Part shown: piece by piece, positions 1 to 9,973 of the stretch
Numbering within the stretch: position 1 is the stretch's first letter
Layout of the letters: each line of letters opens with the position of its first letter
Sequence record: SRR22947725_6258
DNA length: 39,607 nucleotides
Reading direction: 5' to 3' (one strand)
The notes under the pieces: model-generated
Seen by the model: only the letters and a program-made list of their open reading frames with translations
Told to the model about the DNA's origin: nothing
The model's database searches: none
Position numbers and translations under genes: made by a program

Positions 1-281
1 GGATACATTTCCCAGCGCTCCACTGGCATCTCCACCCGTTCTGCCAATTCCCGCTTGAGGCGCTTGATGGGCTCCCACTCAAAATGGGCCTGCCAGGCCA
101 CCCTCGACTCCCATTCTTCCCACAAAACCAGTCGTCCGGTGACCTCCTGGAAAAGCTCGTATCGAAGACAGCCCGGCCCCGCCACAATGGCGGGGATGAC
201 CTCCTCAAGGATCCCTATTACTACCTCGCCCTGTCCTTCCAGGGGGTGAAGGGGAACCATCACGGTGCAGGTCTGTGTCAT
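1..281 (-). CDS. Antibiotic biosynthesis monooxygenase (ABM) / putative quinol monooxygenase family protein, 3' end beyond window
   Basis: Not in ORF track. Manual translation MTQTCTVMVPLHPLEGQGEVVIGILEEVIPAIVAGPGCLRYELFQEVTGRLVLWEEWESRVAWQAHF... has the ABM pattern PGCLxYEL...E.W.S..A..AH. TATCGT -10-like hexamer 6 nt before the ATG. Confidence 0.8.
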   Translation of the reverse strand, partial: MTQTCTVMVPLHPLEGQGEVVIGILEEVIPAIVAGPGCLRYELFQEVTGRLVLWEEWESRVAWQAHFEWEPIKRLKRELAERVEMPVERWEMY

Positions 282-443
282 CCCCTCACGATAATCGAGA
301 TGGTCCCCTCGATCTATTTCCCGTGCTTCGGAGCTAAAGTTTAGGGTTGACGCGACGGGTAGGGGCGGACTATCCACAGCCAAGCCCTCTAGAGTGAGGC
401 AATCCAGGTTGCAGGGTCGCAGCCAGGAGCAAAGGAGGCTCTG

Positions 444-542
444 ATGCCAGATTCTGAATACTGCGTGCACTGCGACGCGCCACTGTCCATGGGTTCAAGT
501 TCCTGCCCAGCGTGTGGGAAGCCCGCCGGCGACACACACTAG
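444..542 (+). CDS. 32-aa zinc-ribbon microprotein (CxxC-x10-CxxCG)
   Basis: AAAGGAGG SD at 431-438, ATG 444, MPDSEYCVHCDAPLSMGSSSCPACGKPAGDTH*. TAGAGT -10-like at 390-395. Confidence 0.65.
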   Translation: MPDSEYCVHCDAPLSMGSSSCPACGKPAGDTH

Positions 543-582
543 GAAGCGCAGCCACGCTGCCCGTGGCGCACGCTCCCTCTCT

Positions 583-1591
<1,009 letters not shown>

Positions 1592-1773
1592 GCGCTTTAG
1601 CGTAGGCGGGGAGAGCAATAATCGGCGGATTGGCGCGCTGTCTAGGCCAACTACCAGCCCCGGGCTCTGGCATAGCGCGGCACCGAGTTGCCGATGCTCC
1701 CACAGCACGTGTCGCTGCCAACTGCGCTACTGGCCTTAAGCAGCCCCCAAAATCCACTACCCAGGCGGTTAGG

Positions 1774-2421
1774 TTAGGCCAGCGGATTCCTCGCCTTGAC
1801 CCAATCCAGTTCAGGAATCGCAGCGAGGCCTTCAGGAACGCGTCCCTCTTCAAACCTTTTCACAATGCCGCCGCGCACTTCTTCCTGAACCAGGGCAAAG
1901 CAGAAATGATCCGCCCACTTGCCATTGATGTGAATATAGCGTCGGCGAAGTCCTTCGTAGCGAAACCCCAGTTTCGCCACCACCCGCAAGGAGGCTGTGT
2001 TTTCGGGACGAATACACACCTCCATGCGGTGGAGACCCTTCTCAAAAAAAAGGTAATCCGTGGCCATCCCCACGGCCAGTGTGGTGAAGCCTTGGCCTGC
2101 TGCGGGTTCCGTGACCCAGTAGCCCAGATTCGCGGAGGAAAGAGACCCATAGGTGATCTGGGACACATTCAACTGGCCCACCAAGTGACCCTCGGAGATC
2201 ATCACCAGAGGTAATCCGGTGCCATCTTTGGCAGCTTTCAGCAATCCGCGAATACTGGCTTTGGTGTCAGCGGGGGCCAGGCGGATGAGCGGGGTGGTGG
2301 CCTCCCAGGGCTCCAGCCACGCGCGATGCTGGGACAACGCCTTCTCCATATCTTTCGCATCGCGCATTCTTACCCCCCGCAACACAAGGGAGGGGTGGCG
2401 AAGGGTGGGAAGAGACATCAC
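1774..2421 (-). CDS. RimJ/RimL-family GNAT N-acetyltransferase
   Basis: WLEPWEAT, LGYWV, GQGFTT, GLHRMEVCIRPENTASLRVVAKLGFRYEG, INGKWADH motifs. Confidence 0.9.
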   Translation of the reverse strand: MMSLPTLRHPSLVLRGVRMRDAKDMEKALSQHRAWLEPWEATTPLIRLAPADTKASIRGLLKAAKDGTGLPLVMISEGHLVGQLNVSQITYGSLSSANLGYWVTEPAAGQGFTTLAVGMATDYLFFEKGLHRMEVCIRPENTASLRVVAKLGFRYEGLRRRYIHINGKWADHFCFALVQEEVRGGIVKRFEEGRVPEGLAAIPELDWVKARNPLA

Positions 2422-3303
2422 TTAGTTCTTGGCGAGGAAGTCTTTCAACCAGCTCAGAAGCTCTGGTCCCAGGTCTTCCCTGCTGGCAGCTACCTGAACG
2501 ATGGCCTTGAGGTAATCCAACCGGTCCCCTGTGTCATAGCGGCGTCCGGTGAAGATCACCCCAAAAACGCCGCCGCCTACCTCTGCTGCAGACATGGCAT
2601 TGAGAGCATCGGTCAATTGGATTTCACCGCCCGAACCAGGCTCGGTGGCTTCCAGGATGGGGAACACTTCGGGTTGCAAGATGTAGCGACCAATCACAGC
2701 CAAGTTCGAGGGGGCATTCTCGGGTGCGGGTTTCTCCACCAAGCCGTTGACCTTCACCACGTCATCCAGTTCGGTGGCCTCGACGGTGGCGATGCCATAC
2801 AGGTGGGTCTGCGACGGCTCCACTTCCATGAGCGCCACAACACTGGCCTGGCGAAGGTCATGAACCTGGATCATGCGAGAGAGCAACACATCGCGCTCAT
2901 CAATCAGGTCATCACCGAGCAATACCGCGAACGCCTCGTCGCCAACATGCATCTGGGCGCGGAGAACGGCATGCCCCAAACCCAGGGGGTCCCGTTGGCG
3001 CACGTAGTGCATGTTGGCGAGGTTCGTGGAACGCACCACCGCTTGCAATCTGGCTTGGTCTCCCTTGCGCTCGAGTAGCGCTTCAAGCTCGGGAACGTGG
3101 TCAAAATGGTTTTCCAACGCGTTCTTGTTGCGCCCGGTAATCATCAAGACGTCGTGAAGCCCAGCATTCACGGCTTCCTCCACCACGTATTGGATGGCTG
3201 GTTTATCCACCACCGGAAGCATTTCTTTGGGCATGGCCTTGGTGGCAGGCAAAAACCTGGTCCCCAACCCTGCGGCGGGAATCACTGCTTTGGAAATAGG
3301 CAC
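2422..3303 (-). CDS. galU: UTP--glucose-1-phosphate uridylyltransferase
   Basis: KAVIPAAGLGTRFLPATKAMPKEMLPVVDKP, LGLGHAV, VEKP, GEIQLTDAL. GTG 3303 preceded by TACGAT-N6. Confidence 0.97.
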   Translation of the reverse strand: MPISKAVIPAAGLGTRFLPATKAMPKEMLPVVDKPAIQYVVEEAVNAGLHDVLMITGRNKNALENHFDHVPELEALLERKGDQARLQAVVRSTNLANMHYVRQRDPLGLGHAVLRAQMHVGDEAFAVLLGDDLIDERDVLLSRMIQVHDLRQASVVALMEVEPSQTHLYGIATVEATELDDVVKVNGLVEKPAPENAPSNLAVIGRYILQPEVFPILEATEPGSGGEIQLTDALNAMSAAEVGGGVFGVIFTGRRYDTGDRLDYLKAIVQVAASREDLGPELLSWLKDFLAKN

Positions 3304-3337
3304 CTGCCTATCGTACAAGGCGCCCTACACTTGGGGC

Positions 3338-3931
3338 ATGACAGAGGGCGCACACCCCAGCAAACGCGCGCTGCGCGCCGAACTGCGCGAGCGCCGAAGA
3401 ATCATGACCAGCGTGGAACGGGACACCGCCGCCGAGGGACTTTTTCACCAACTCGTTGCGCTCACCGAGCGCTATGACGCCACCCGTATCGCCTGCTACC
3501 TCTCCACCGGGGATGAACCCACCACCAGAAATTTCCTGGAGTGGGCCCATCAACACGCCATCACGGCGATATTGCCGGTGTCGAGAGAAGACGGTCTAAT
3601 GGATTGGATTCCCTTTGCCCCAGGCTCTGAGTCGCTGGACTCAGCAGGGATGCCAACACCGGTGGGGGAAACCCTCGGTCCGATCGCACTGGCAGAAGTG
3701 GATGTCATCTTTGTTCCTGCCGCCGGGGTGTCCTCAAGCGGGATGCGTCTGGGCTGGGGGCGCGGGTATTACGACCGGGCATTGGGTTCACTCAATAACG
3801 CGGCCCCCGTGTATGCCGTGGTCTACGACCACGAAGTGTTGGAAGAAGTCCCCAGTGAGCCCCACGACCAACGGGTGGATGCTGTGGTGACCCCCACGCG
3901 TAGTATGACCTGTGACGGCTCTGCACTCTAA
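3338..3931 (+). CDS. 5-formyltetrahydrofolate cyclo-ligase
   Basis: KRALRAELRERR, RLGWGRGYYDR, EPHDQRVDAVVTP. ATG 3338 preceded by TACACT-N6; divergent from galU. Confidence 0.93.
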   Translation: MTEGAHPSKRALRAELRERRRIMTSVERDTAAEGLFHQLVALTERYDATRIACYLSTGDEPTTRNFLEWAHQHAITAILPVSREDGLMDWIPFAPGSESLDSAGMPTPVGETLGPIALAEVDVIFVPAAGVSSSGMRLGWGRGYYDRALGSLNNAAPVYAVVYDHEVLEEVPSEPHDQRVDAVVTPTRSMTCDGSAL

Positions 3932-3940
3932 AAGGATTTC

Positions 3941-4219
3941 ATGCCCACCTACTCGTACCGCTGCACTTCCTGCGACAACGCTTTTGATATTCAACAAGCC
4001 TTCACGGATGACTCATTGACGACCTGCACGGAATGCGGCAAAGCACTGCGCAAAGTTTTTAGCGCGATCGGGGTCACGTTCCAGGGCTCAGGTTTTTACC
4101 AAACGGACTCTCGCGCAGAAGCAAAGAAAAGCTCTACCCCCGCTAAAGAATCAAAAAGTGCGACGCCCGCAAAGAAAGAAACTCCCGCCGCTGCGTCGAC
4201 CACCAGCAGCACGACCTAG
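3941..4219 (+). CDS. FmdB family zinc-ribbon protein
   Basis: MPTYSYRCTSC...CTECG..LRKVF...FQGSGFYQTDSR with Lys/Ala/Ser tail; AAGGA SD. Confidence 0.93.
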   Translation: MPTYSYRCTSCDNAFDIQQAFTDDSLTTCTECGKALRKVFSAIGVTFQGSGFYQTDSRAEAKKSSTPAKESKSATPAKKETPAAASTTSSTT

Positions 4220-4368
4220 TAGTGGGGCGGTTTTTCCGCTTTCAGCCGTTCGTCATTAGACGCGTTTTCTTCCCGATCGGGCGGGGGCTCTGCTGATTGG
4301 CCAGCAACGGGCTCAGTTCGGACGCGCCTGGTTCCGATTTTGCGGGTGGGGGGCTTGTCCTCAGCCAT
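4216..4368 (-). CDS. Small hypothetical protein (50 aa, ends NDERLKAEKPPHY)
   Basis: ATG overlaps the end of the helicase-like gene (ATGGCTGA). The C-terminal D.RL..E.PPH pattern resembles small conserved actinobacterial proteins (recalled). Confidence 0.6.
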   Translation of the reverse strand: MAEDKPPTRKIGTRRVRTEPVAGQSAEPPPDREENASNDERLKAEKPPHY

Positions 4369-7300
4369 GAGCCTCAGTCGCGGCCTCGGGGGCAAGGCCC
4401 ACCAACGTGGCAATGCGTCCAGCAACCTGATCGGGGGCCGTGAATAGCTCTAGGGCGTGGGCTTTCACATGGTGCCAACCGGAGGCGGCCAACGCCTGCG
4501 GGCGCATCCGCAGGGCTTCCCGCACAGGAAGGTGCATCAGGGAGGTGTCCGTATCCAGGGCAATGCAGTAACCGCCGTAGCGGGCAACCAGAGGAATCTT
4601 CCCCTGGTAGTCCAATTCCACAGTCATCCCCCAGGCGCTCAATCGTCTGCCAAGGTCCACCAGCAAAGGATCATGGTCACCCCCTGCACGAGGTAGGTGC
4701 TTGGCGGAAGCTTGAGCCAGCACATCTCCCAACGCCCTCGTCGTGGGGCTCAATCTCTCATCGCGCAGATCCTGCTCCGCCACACAGGTCACCACGCGAA
4801 GGTGGCGACGGGCGCTGGTGAAGGCGGCCGCTATCAACCGTTCGCCGCCAGGCTTCGAAAGCGGTCCCAGATCACTGAGCACACGACCATGCGGTGTTCT
4901 GCCGTAGCCGAGAGAGAAAATTACGCGGTCCCTGGTTAGTGACGCAGCCTGGTCGAGGGTTGCCACGAGAAAACTTTCGCCCGACTTGGTGTCAAAAAAT
5001 TCGGCACTTTCGGGCTTGTTGACTATTGCCTCAGTGAGCGCCTCACGGACGGCGCGGGCATGGAGCGCGCTCGGGGTGAGCACCATCAGAGACTCATTGC
5101 TCCGGGCCATGGCATGGTCCATCACGTGTTGGACCACCACTCGCACCTCTCCTGCGACACCTTCCACGAGCCCGGTCGCTGAATCGGGCATTCCTTGGCC
5201 GTCTTCCACCCACTCCACAGCACACGAAGGGTGCCCCAGAAAGCTCCCTGCCCACGGCAGGGAGCTGAGTCCCTCGCTATAAAAGGTGCTGTTAGCCACA
5301 CTCGCAAGGTCATCGCCGGTGCTGCGGTAGCTCGTGGTCAGCGAAAACGAGGGCAGGAGGTCGCGCAGCTGGGCTAACAGGGATTCGTGGTGGAGGGCAT
5401 CCCGGTCATCAGGCGGGGTTTCCTCTGCGCTGCGCAGTCCCACGCTAAACGCCGTCGGTGTCTGCGTAACAGGGTCACCCATCGCGACGACCTGGCGGGC
5501 TCGGCGCACAGCGCCGAGTGTTTCTGCCACACGAAGCGAACCGGCGTCCAAGACGATTACCGTGTCAAAACGAACAGTATCGGGAAGTTCGTGGACGTTA
5601 TACGGAGTTGCCAACCATACTGGCGATAGTGCTTTCACCAGGTGTGGAGCTTGGTCGCTGAGTTGGGCAGCCGTCGCACCGCGACCCTTCAGCAGGGTCT
5701 TCAACGCAACAGCCTCTTCCGGCCAATCCATCAACCCCAAGCTCCACCGCTCGGCCAGCTGCCACGACAGTGCTTGAGCGTTACCAGCGCTGTGGGCTTC
5801 ATCAACCAGCCGGAAATCTGCTTCCAAACGCTCCAGAAGCGATTTTTCTGACCCCAGTAACGCCTCTTCCCGCTCCAAAATTTGCTCCAGCGCCCCTCGC
5901 CACCACGCAAGCTCTAATTCCACACCCACGTCTTCCGCTTCTACGTGTCGGGTGGCAAGATCTTCCACCAACGGGCCAAGATTCCACTGCGCTAACTGAT
6001 CTGCTACTTCTTGGCGGCGCTCCAGGCTCTGCAAGATTTCTGATTCCTGCGCCAACGTGGCAAGGAGCTCCACAAGTTCCTCGGTCACCATGTCCGAGAG
6101 ACGCCGACCCGGGCCGGTGCGACCGAGGACCCGGTCGAGGTCGCGCAAGTCCTCCTCCACCTGTTGAACCAGAACGTGCGCGTCGGCTAGGCCGGAAGGC
6201 ACACTGGGCTGGTGTCCGGTATCGACGTAGCGATTCCACAGGTCTCGTTGGCCGCCAATTTTCACTAACGATTCGTGCAGATCTCCCACGTGAACGCCCG
6301 GGCGAACGTGTTCCTTAGCAAGAGCCTTAAGGCGCCTGCGTTGCAAACGGGGCATCTCTTTCGAAAGTTCTGAGGATCCCGTGGCAGTGATGAGGTCTTT
6401 GACCGAGCGGTCAAAGACACTGGGTTGAAAACGATCCAGTGAATCTCGAAGGTCGACCAGGAGATGGATGAACACGCCCATCTGGCCAAGCGTTGCGGCT
6501 TCGGGGAGGGGAGTTTCGGACAGGATGGGAGCAATTTTGTCCATCAGACGCGGCACACTCTCGCTCGCGAGGCGCTGGGCTCGCTCGTGGGATTTCCTGG
6601 CATCCTCTAAGTTTCGAAAGTCCACGCCATACCAGGGAGTGTCCCCTGGCCCATATTTGAATTCACCCAGCGTTGCTGCCCGAGCCAACATTTCGGCGGC
6701 CTGCCCTCGCCCTGGTGCCAGCGCGACGAGCGCATCGCGCTCCAATCGCGCGGTGGTCTCGGGAGGTTTCTCTTTCAGCGACAGCGTGCCAAGGGTATGG
6801 AAGCATTCCATCGCACTCACCCCAAGGTCCTGGTCTTTCACCGCGAGCGCTTCGCGGTAGCGAAGAATGACGGTGCGCAAACGCGTCCAGGCTGAGTCAA
6901 CATCCCCGGTGGTGGGCTTTTTTGTTTTCTCGCTCCTCGTGAGCGCCTCGATCAGATCTTTCCCAGGGTTGTTGACCCGGGTGACTAAGCCTTTGAGCCC
7001 GGCGCGGGAGAGGCGATTCAACAAATCGTTGGTTTTTTCTGCGCCAGCGCTGACCACGAGGGTTCTTTTATTGGCCGAGGCAAGCGCACCGAGTGCGCCA
7101 GCGATGGTCTGAATTCCCCCCACTCCGGGTGCCGAGCGAATGGTGAGGGAGTTTCCTGCCAGCACATTGGCCACAATCGCGTCCTGAGCGCTATCCAGGT
7201 CGACCACTCCGCGGTCGCTCGCTGCGGAGCGAGAATCGGGGTGGGTGATTTCCACGGGATTGCGCGCATCGCGCAATTGCTGGATGGCATAGGTGTTGCC

Positions 7301-8083
7301 GCCCAGGGCGTCCAGAATCGGGTGCTGCAAATTCTGTGCATCGTCGAGCATGGCCTGGTTAAGGTCCGTGAAGCTTGAAATCAGGAGCCTGGCGGAGACA
7401 GCGACATCACCGCGGTGGGCGGTGAGATCGCGCAAGCGATCCAGGGCGGGGTTGGGTTTGAATGCTCCACCATCATCGGTCAGCGCCACAAAGGCTTCAG
7501 CGTCCAGGGTCACCTGAAGGTGTTCGGCAAAGGCGCGCTGCAACCCGGGGTTAAGCTCCACGCGGGATCGACCCAGCGTGATTTCACTATCCCCACCTTT
7601 CCGACGCAGGCTCACCTCGCGCAAAAGCAGCGGTCCGCAGTAGTCGACGTTGTCGTGTTTCCACTCCACTAAACCAATGCCTAGCGCCAGGGTCGCAAGG
7701 CCTCGAGTAGTTGCGAGCTCCTGGTCATGATCGATCAAACGCAACGCTGCTGTGGTCGCGGGACGCCTCGCGACATCGTCTCTGATCAAGTTGGCTAACA
7801 AGGTGGGAGATCCGGCGAGGAAGCGTGCTAATCCACCCGGGTGGCCGCGGGAAATATCTATTCTGTTTTCGCCCCGGTCCTGGAAGTGAATCAGGGGGCT
7901 TGCGCCACCGAGCGCGGCCAGACTTTCCCACCAGCCCGTCCACGCTTGTGCCGCCTCGTTCACGGGGGTGGCCCCGGCGTCATTGACGCTAACCTGGTGC
8001 GCCAAATCACTCGACCACCACGGGGTGGTATCGAGATTTTCCCCAAGGTTCGTGGGGGCATCATAATTATCGGCACGCCACAC
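4361..8083 (-). CDS. SF1 (DNA2/NAM7/UPF1-like) helicase-like protein with DUF4011-like N-terminus and C-terminal restriction-endonuclease-like domain; catalytic motifs degenerate
   Basis: LDSAQ Q-motif, SAPGVGGIQT at Walker A position, FDTVIVLDAG at Walker B position, MGDP, TSYRS, RDRVIFSLGYG, AFTSARRHL; C-terminal ALDTD...SGW. GTG preceded by TACGTT-N6. Confidence 0.8.
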   Translation of the reverse strand: MWRADNYDAPTNLGENLDTTPWWSSDLAHQVSVNDAGATPVNEAAQAWTGWWESLAALGGASPLIHFQDRGENRIDISRGHPGGLARFLAGSPTLLANLIRDDVARRPATTAALRLIDHDQELATTRGLATLALGIGLVEWKHDNVDYCGPLLLREVSLRRKGGDSEITLGRSRVELNPGLQRAFAEHLQVTLDAEAFVALTDDGGAFKPNPALDRLRDLTAHRGDVAVSARLLISSFTDLNQAMLDDAQNLQHPILDALGGNTYAIQQLRDARNPVEITHPDSRSAASDRGVVDLDSAQDAIVANVLAGNSLTIRSAPGVGGIQTIAGALGALASANKRTLVVSAGAEKTNDLLNRLSRAGLKGLVTRVNNPGKDLIEALTRSEKTKKPTTGDVDSAWTRLRTVILRYREALAVKDQDLGVSAMECFHTLGTLSLKEKPPETTARLERDALVALAPGRGQAAEMLARAATLGEFKYGPGDTPWYGVDFRNLEDARKSHERAQRLASESVPRLMDKIAPILSETPLPEAATLGQMGVFIHLLVDLRDSLDRFQPSVFDRSVKDLITATGSSELSKEMPRLQRRRLKALAKEHVRPGVHVGDLHESLVKIGGQRDLWNRYVDTGHQPSVPSGLADAHVLVQQVEEDLRDLDRVLGRTGPGRRLSDMVTEELVELLATLAQESEILQSLERRQEVADQLAQWNLGPLVEDLATRHVEAEDVGVELELAWWRGALEQILEREEALLGSEKSLLERLEADFRLVDEAHSAGNAQALSWQLAERWSLGLMDWPEEAVALKTLLKGRGATAAQLSDQAPHLVKALSPVWLATPYNVHELPDTVRFDTVIVLDAGSLRVAETLGAVRRARQVVAMGDPVTQTPTAFSVGLRSAEETPPDDRDALHHESLLAQLRDLLPSFSLTTSYRSTGDDLASVANSTFYSEGLSSLPWAGSFLGHPSCAVEWVEDGQGMPDSATGLVEGVAGEVRVVVQHVMDHAMARSNESLMVLTPSALHARAVREALTEAIVNKPESAEFFDTKSGESFLVATLDQAASLTRDRVIFSLGYGRTPHGRVLSDLGPLSKPGGERLIAAAFTSARRHLRVVTCVAEQDLRDERLSPTTRALGDVLAQASAKHLPRAGGDHDPLLVDLGRRLSAWGMTVELDYQGKIPLVARYGGYCIALDTDTSLMHLPVREALRMRPQALAASGWHHVKAHALELFTAPDQVAGRIATLVGLAPEAATEAHG

Positions 8084-8150
8084 TCTCCTAACGTAGGGCG
8101 CAGGGCCCTACAGGGCACCTATCCCACGCCGTTACAGGGCTTGGGCCGAT

Positions 8151-8430
8151 TTAGACCACGCGGGCAGCATTGGTCCAGACCTGCGCAAAGAACGGATTTT
8201 CGCCGGCCCACTCATCGCAATTCCACGGTGGTGCTTGGCATTCACGGCACCAGTGCTCGGCCGGCACTATCAGATACGGTGATGCGTCAGAGGGGTGACT
8301 CCTGGCACACGACCAGTGAAGCGGTATGTAAGCCTCCCCCACCTTCACCGTGTCCCTCGCCAGTGTTCGGCCACGAAACTCAGCCCCTGGTAGTGCCTGC
8401 TCCAGGCAGTGTGTCATCACAGTCGCGGCA
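8151..8430 (-). pseudogene. Eroded C-terminal remnant of a probable NAD(P)-dependent epimerase/oxidoreductase with C-terminal Zn-finger-like module
   Basis: AEFRG...LHWSCARSH..DASPYLI...HWCREC..PPWN.DE.A.ENPFFAQVW resembles, from memory, the C-terminus of this family; no N-terminal Rossmann domain upstream. Confidence 0.55.
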
Positions 8431-8632
8431 GGGCGAGACAGTCCATGGACCTTCTTTATTAGCTTGGCTGAATTATTTCAATGGTGAGCCCCAAAAAACC
8501 CTGCAAAAAAAGTGGTTGCCGACCATGAGGTACAAAAGTTATTTGAGAACGCGCCCCCTAGCTTGACCGCACGCTGGGAGAAGCAGGGCCCAGAAACCAC
8601 TGGCCCCACGAGCAGGGCTGGTGGGGGGAAAG

Positions 8633-8704
8633 TGCCCCTGGAGGGAGTCGAACCCCCAACCCTTTCCTTAGGACGGAACTGCTCTTCCATTGAGCTACAG
8701 AGGC
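8633..8704 (-). tRNA. tRNA-Arg(CCT)
   Basis: GCCTCTGTAGCTCAATGGAAGAGCAGTTCCGT-CCT-AAGGAAAGGGTTGGGGGTTCGACTCCCTCCAGGGGCA; cloverleaf with TTCGA T-loop; CCA not encoded. Confidence 0.95.
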
Positions 8705-8755
8705 TGAAGCCCACAGCATAGCGAGGCGACGAATGTCAGTAGGGAGGATTACGCT

Positions 8756-9973
8756 ATGCGAGTGAAGCTTTTTTTAGCAACTGTGGGGTCTCGAGGGGAT
8801 AACGAACCCTTCAAAGCCCTGGCCCTCGAAGCTGCAGCCGCGGGTCACGAAGTTTTTTTCGCCCACACCAACGACATTCCCTCGCAGCCGCAGGCCCCCT
8901 ACACCGATGTCGAGCTCCCCGGATCGATGGGGGAGGTGATTGCTGGTCAAGGGGTTTCTGTCTTGAAGGCGCTGAAGAATTATTCCTCCGTGATGAAACC
9001 CCTGATGGACGGTATTCTTGAAGAAACGACACAGCAGATTCTTGCTCTTAAGCCAGACGTCGTGGTGTATCACCCGAAGGTTCTCACCGCGGCCACCGCC
9101 GCCCACGCCGTGGGCGGGATTGCGATTCGTGCCGAAATGGTTCCGATACTGAATCCGACAGACGAGTTTGCCCCCGTCGGAATGCCGGCCTGGATTCCCG
9201 TCTCTTGGAATAAGGCGAGTTACCGAATCATTGATGCCTCACTGTCTGCGTTTGATGGCCAGGCCAAAAAGTTGGCCCGACGCCTGGGGGTGATTTCCAC
9301 CCAACCTGACCTCACCTTTGTCCCCGTGAGCCCCAGCATCATCTCTCCTCCCAAGGATTGGCCCGATGACGTCGTGATGACGGGTTCATGGAACACACCA
9401 GGGCACGGACAGCTCGATGAGGAACTCGCGCAGTTCCTTGAGTTTGGGGAGGTTCTTTACGCAGGGTTTGGTTCCATGAAGGACTCTCGCGGAGTTGCGC
9501 GCGCCGACGCTATTGTCCAGGCTGCGCGGTCTCTAGGGATGAAGACGCTGATGGTGACGGGATGGGGCGGACTTGTTCCAGGCCCTACCGATCATCTTGC
9601 CCCCGACATTTTGGTGAGAGAGTCCGTTCCCCACACCGAGGTATTGCCCCACTGCAAGGTGGCCATCCACCACGGAGGCGCTGGCACTCTCCACGCGATG
9701 CTGCGCGCGGGTGTTCCCAGCGTCATCATGCCTTTCCTCGCCGATCAACCGTGGTGGGCGAGGCATCTCCACCAGCAAAAATTGGGACCAGCAGGTCTTT
9801 CCCGCACGACAAAAACGCCCTCGGTTATCGCAGCCTCTCTGACGGCAGCGCTTTCCTATGAAGGGGTGACGAAACTCGCCGGGCTAAAAATGGCCACCGA
9901 GGACGGTCTCGCCAGAGCGGTAAGCGTCATCGAAGAAGCGGAAGCGGGCACCCACCCTCTGCGACCTGCCTAA
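8756..9973 (+). CDS. GT1 / GT28-N glycosyltransferase (sterol glucosyltransferase-like)
   Basis: GSRGDNEPF, YAGFGSM, IHHGGAGT, PFLADQPWWA; GGAGG SD. Confidence 0.9.
   Translation: MRVKLFLATVGSRGDNEPFKALALEAAAAGHEVFFAHTNDIPSQPQAPYTDVELPGSMGEVIAGQGVSVLKALKNYSSVMKPLMDGILEETTQQILALKPDVVVYHPKVLTAATAAHAVGGIAIRAEMVPILNPTDEFAPVGMPAWIPVSWNKASYRIIDASLSAFDGQAKKLARRLGVISTQPDLTFVPVSPSIISPPKDWPDDVVMTGSWNTPGHGQLDEELAQFLEFGEVLYAGFGSMKDSRGVARADAIVQAARSLGMKTLMVTGWGGLVPGPTDHLAPDILVRESVPHTEVLPHCKVAIHHGGAGTLHAMLRAGVPSVIMPFLADQPWWARHLHQQKLGPAGLSRTTKTPSVIAASLTAALSYEGVTKLAGLKMATEDGLARAVSVIEEAEAGTHPLRPA

Noticed and set aside
1709-1713. GACAC (WhiA-type motif, minus strand) upstream of the SepX-like gene
   Set aside because: A single 5-mer about 105 nt from the -10 box is expected by chance.
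1769-1787. TTAGGTTAGGC resembling a DtxR/IdeR box
   Set aside because: Only the left half matches; it overlaps the GNAT stop codon and the right half is not palindromic.
8383-8390. GCCCCTGG matching the tRNA-Arg 3' end as a possible att duplication
   Set aside because: Only 8 bp and inside the remnant frame; not significant at this GC content.
8478-8721. ORFs 8478-8714 and 8512-8721
   Set aside because: Overlap tRNA-Arg and have no protein motifs.
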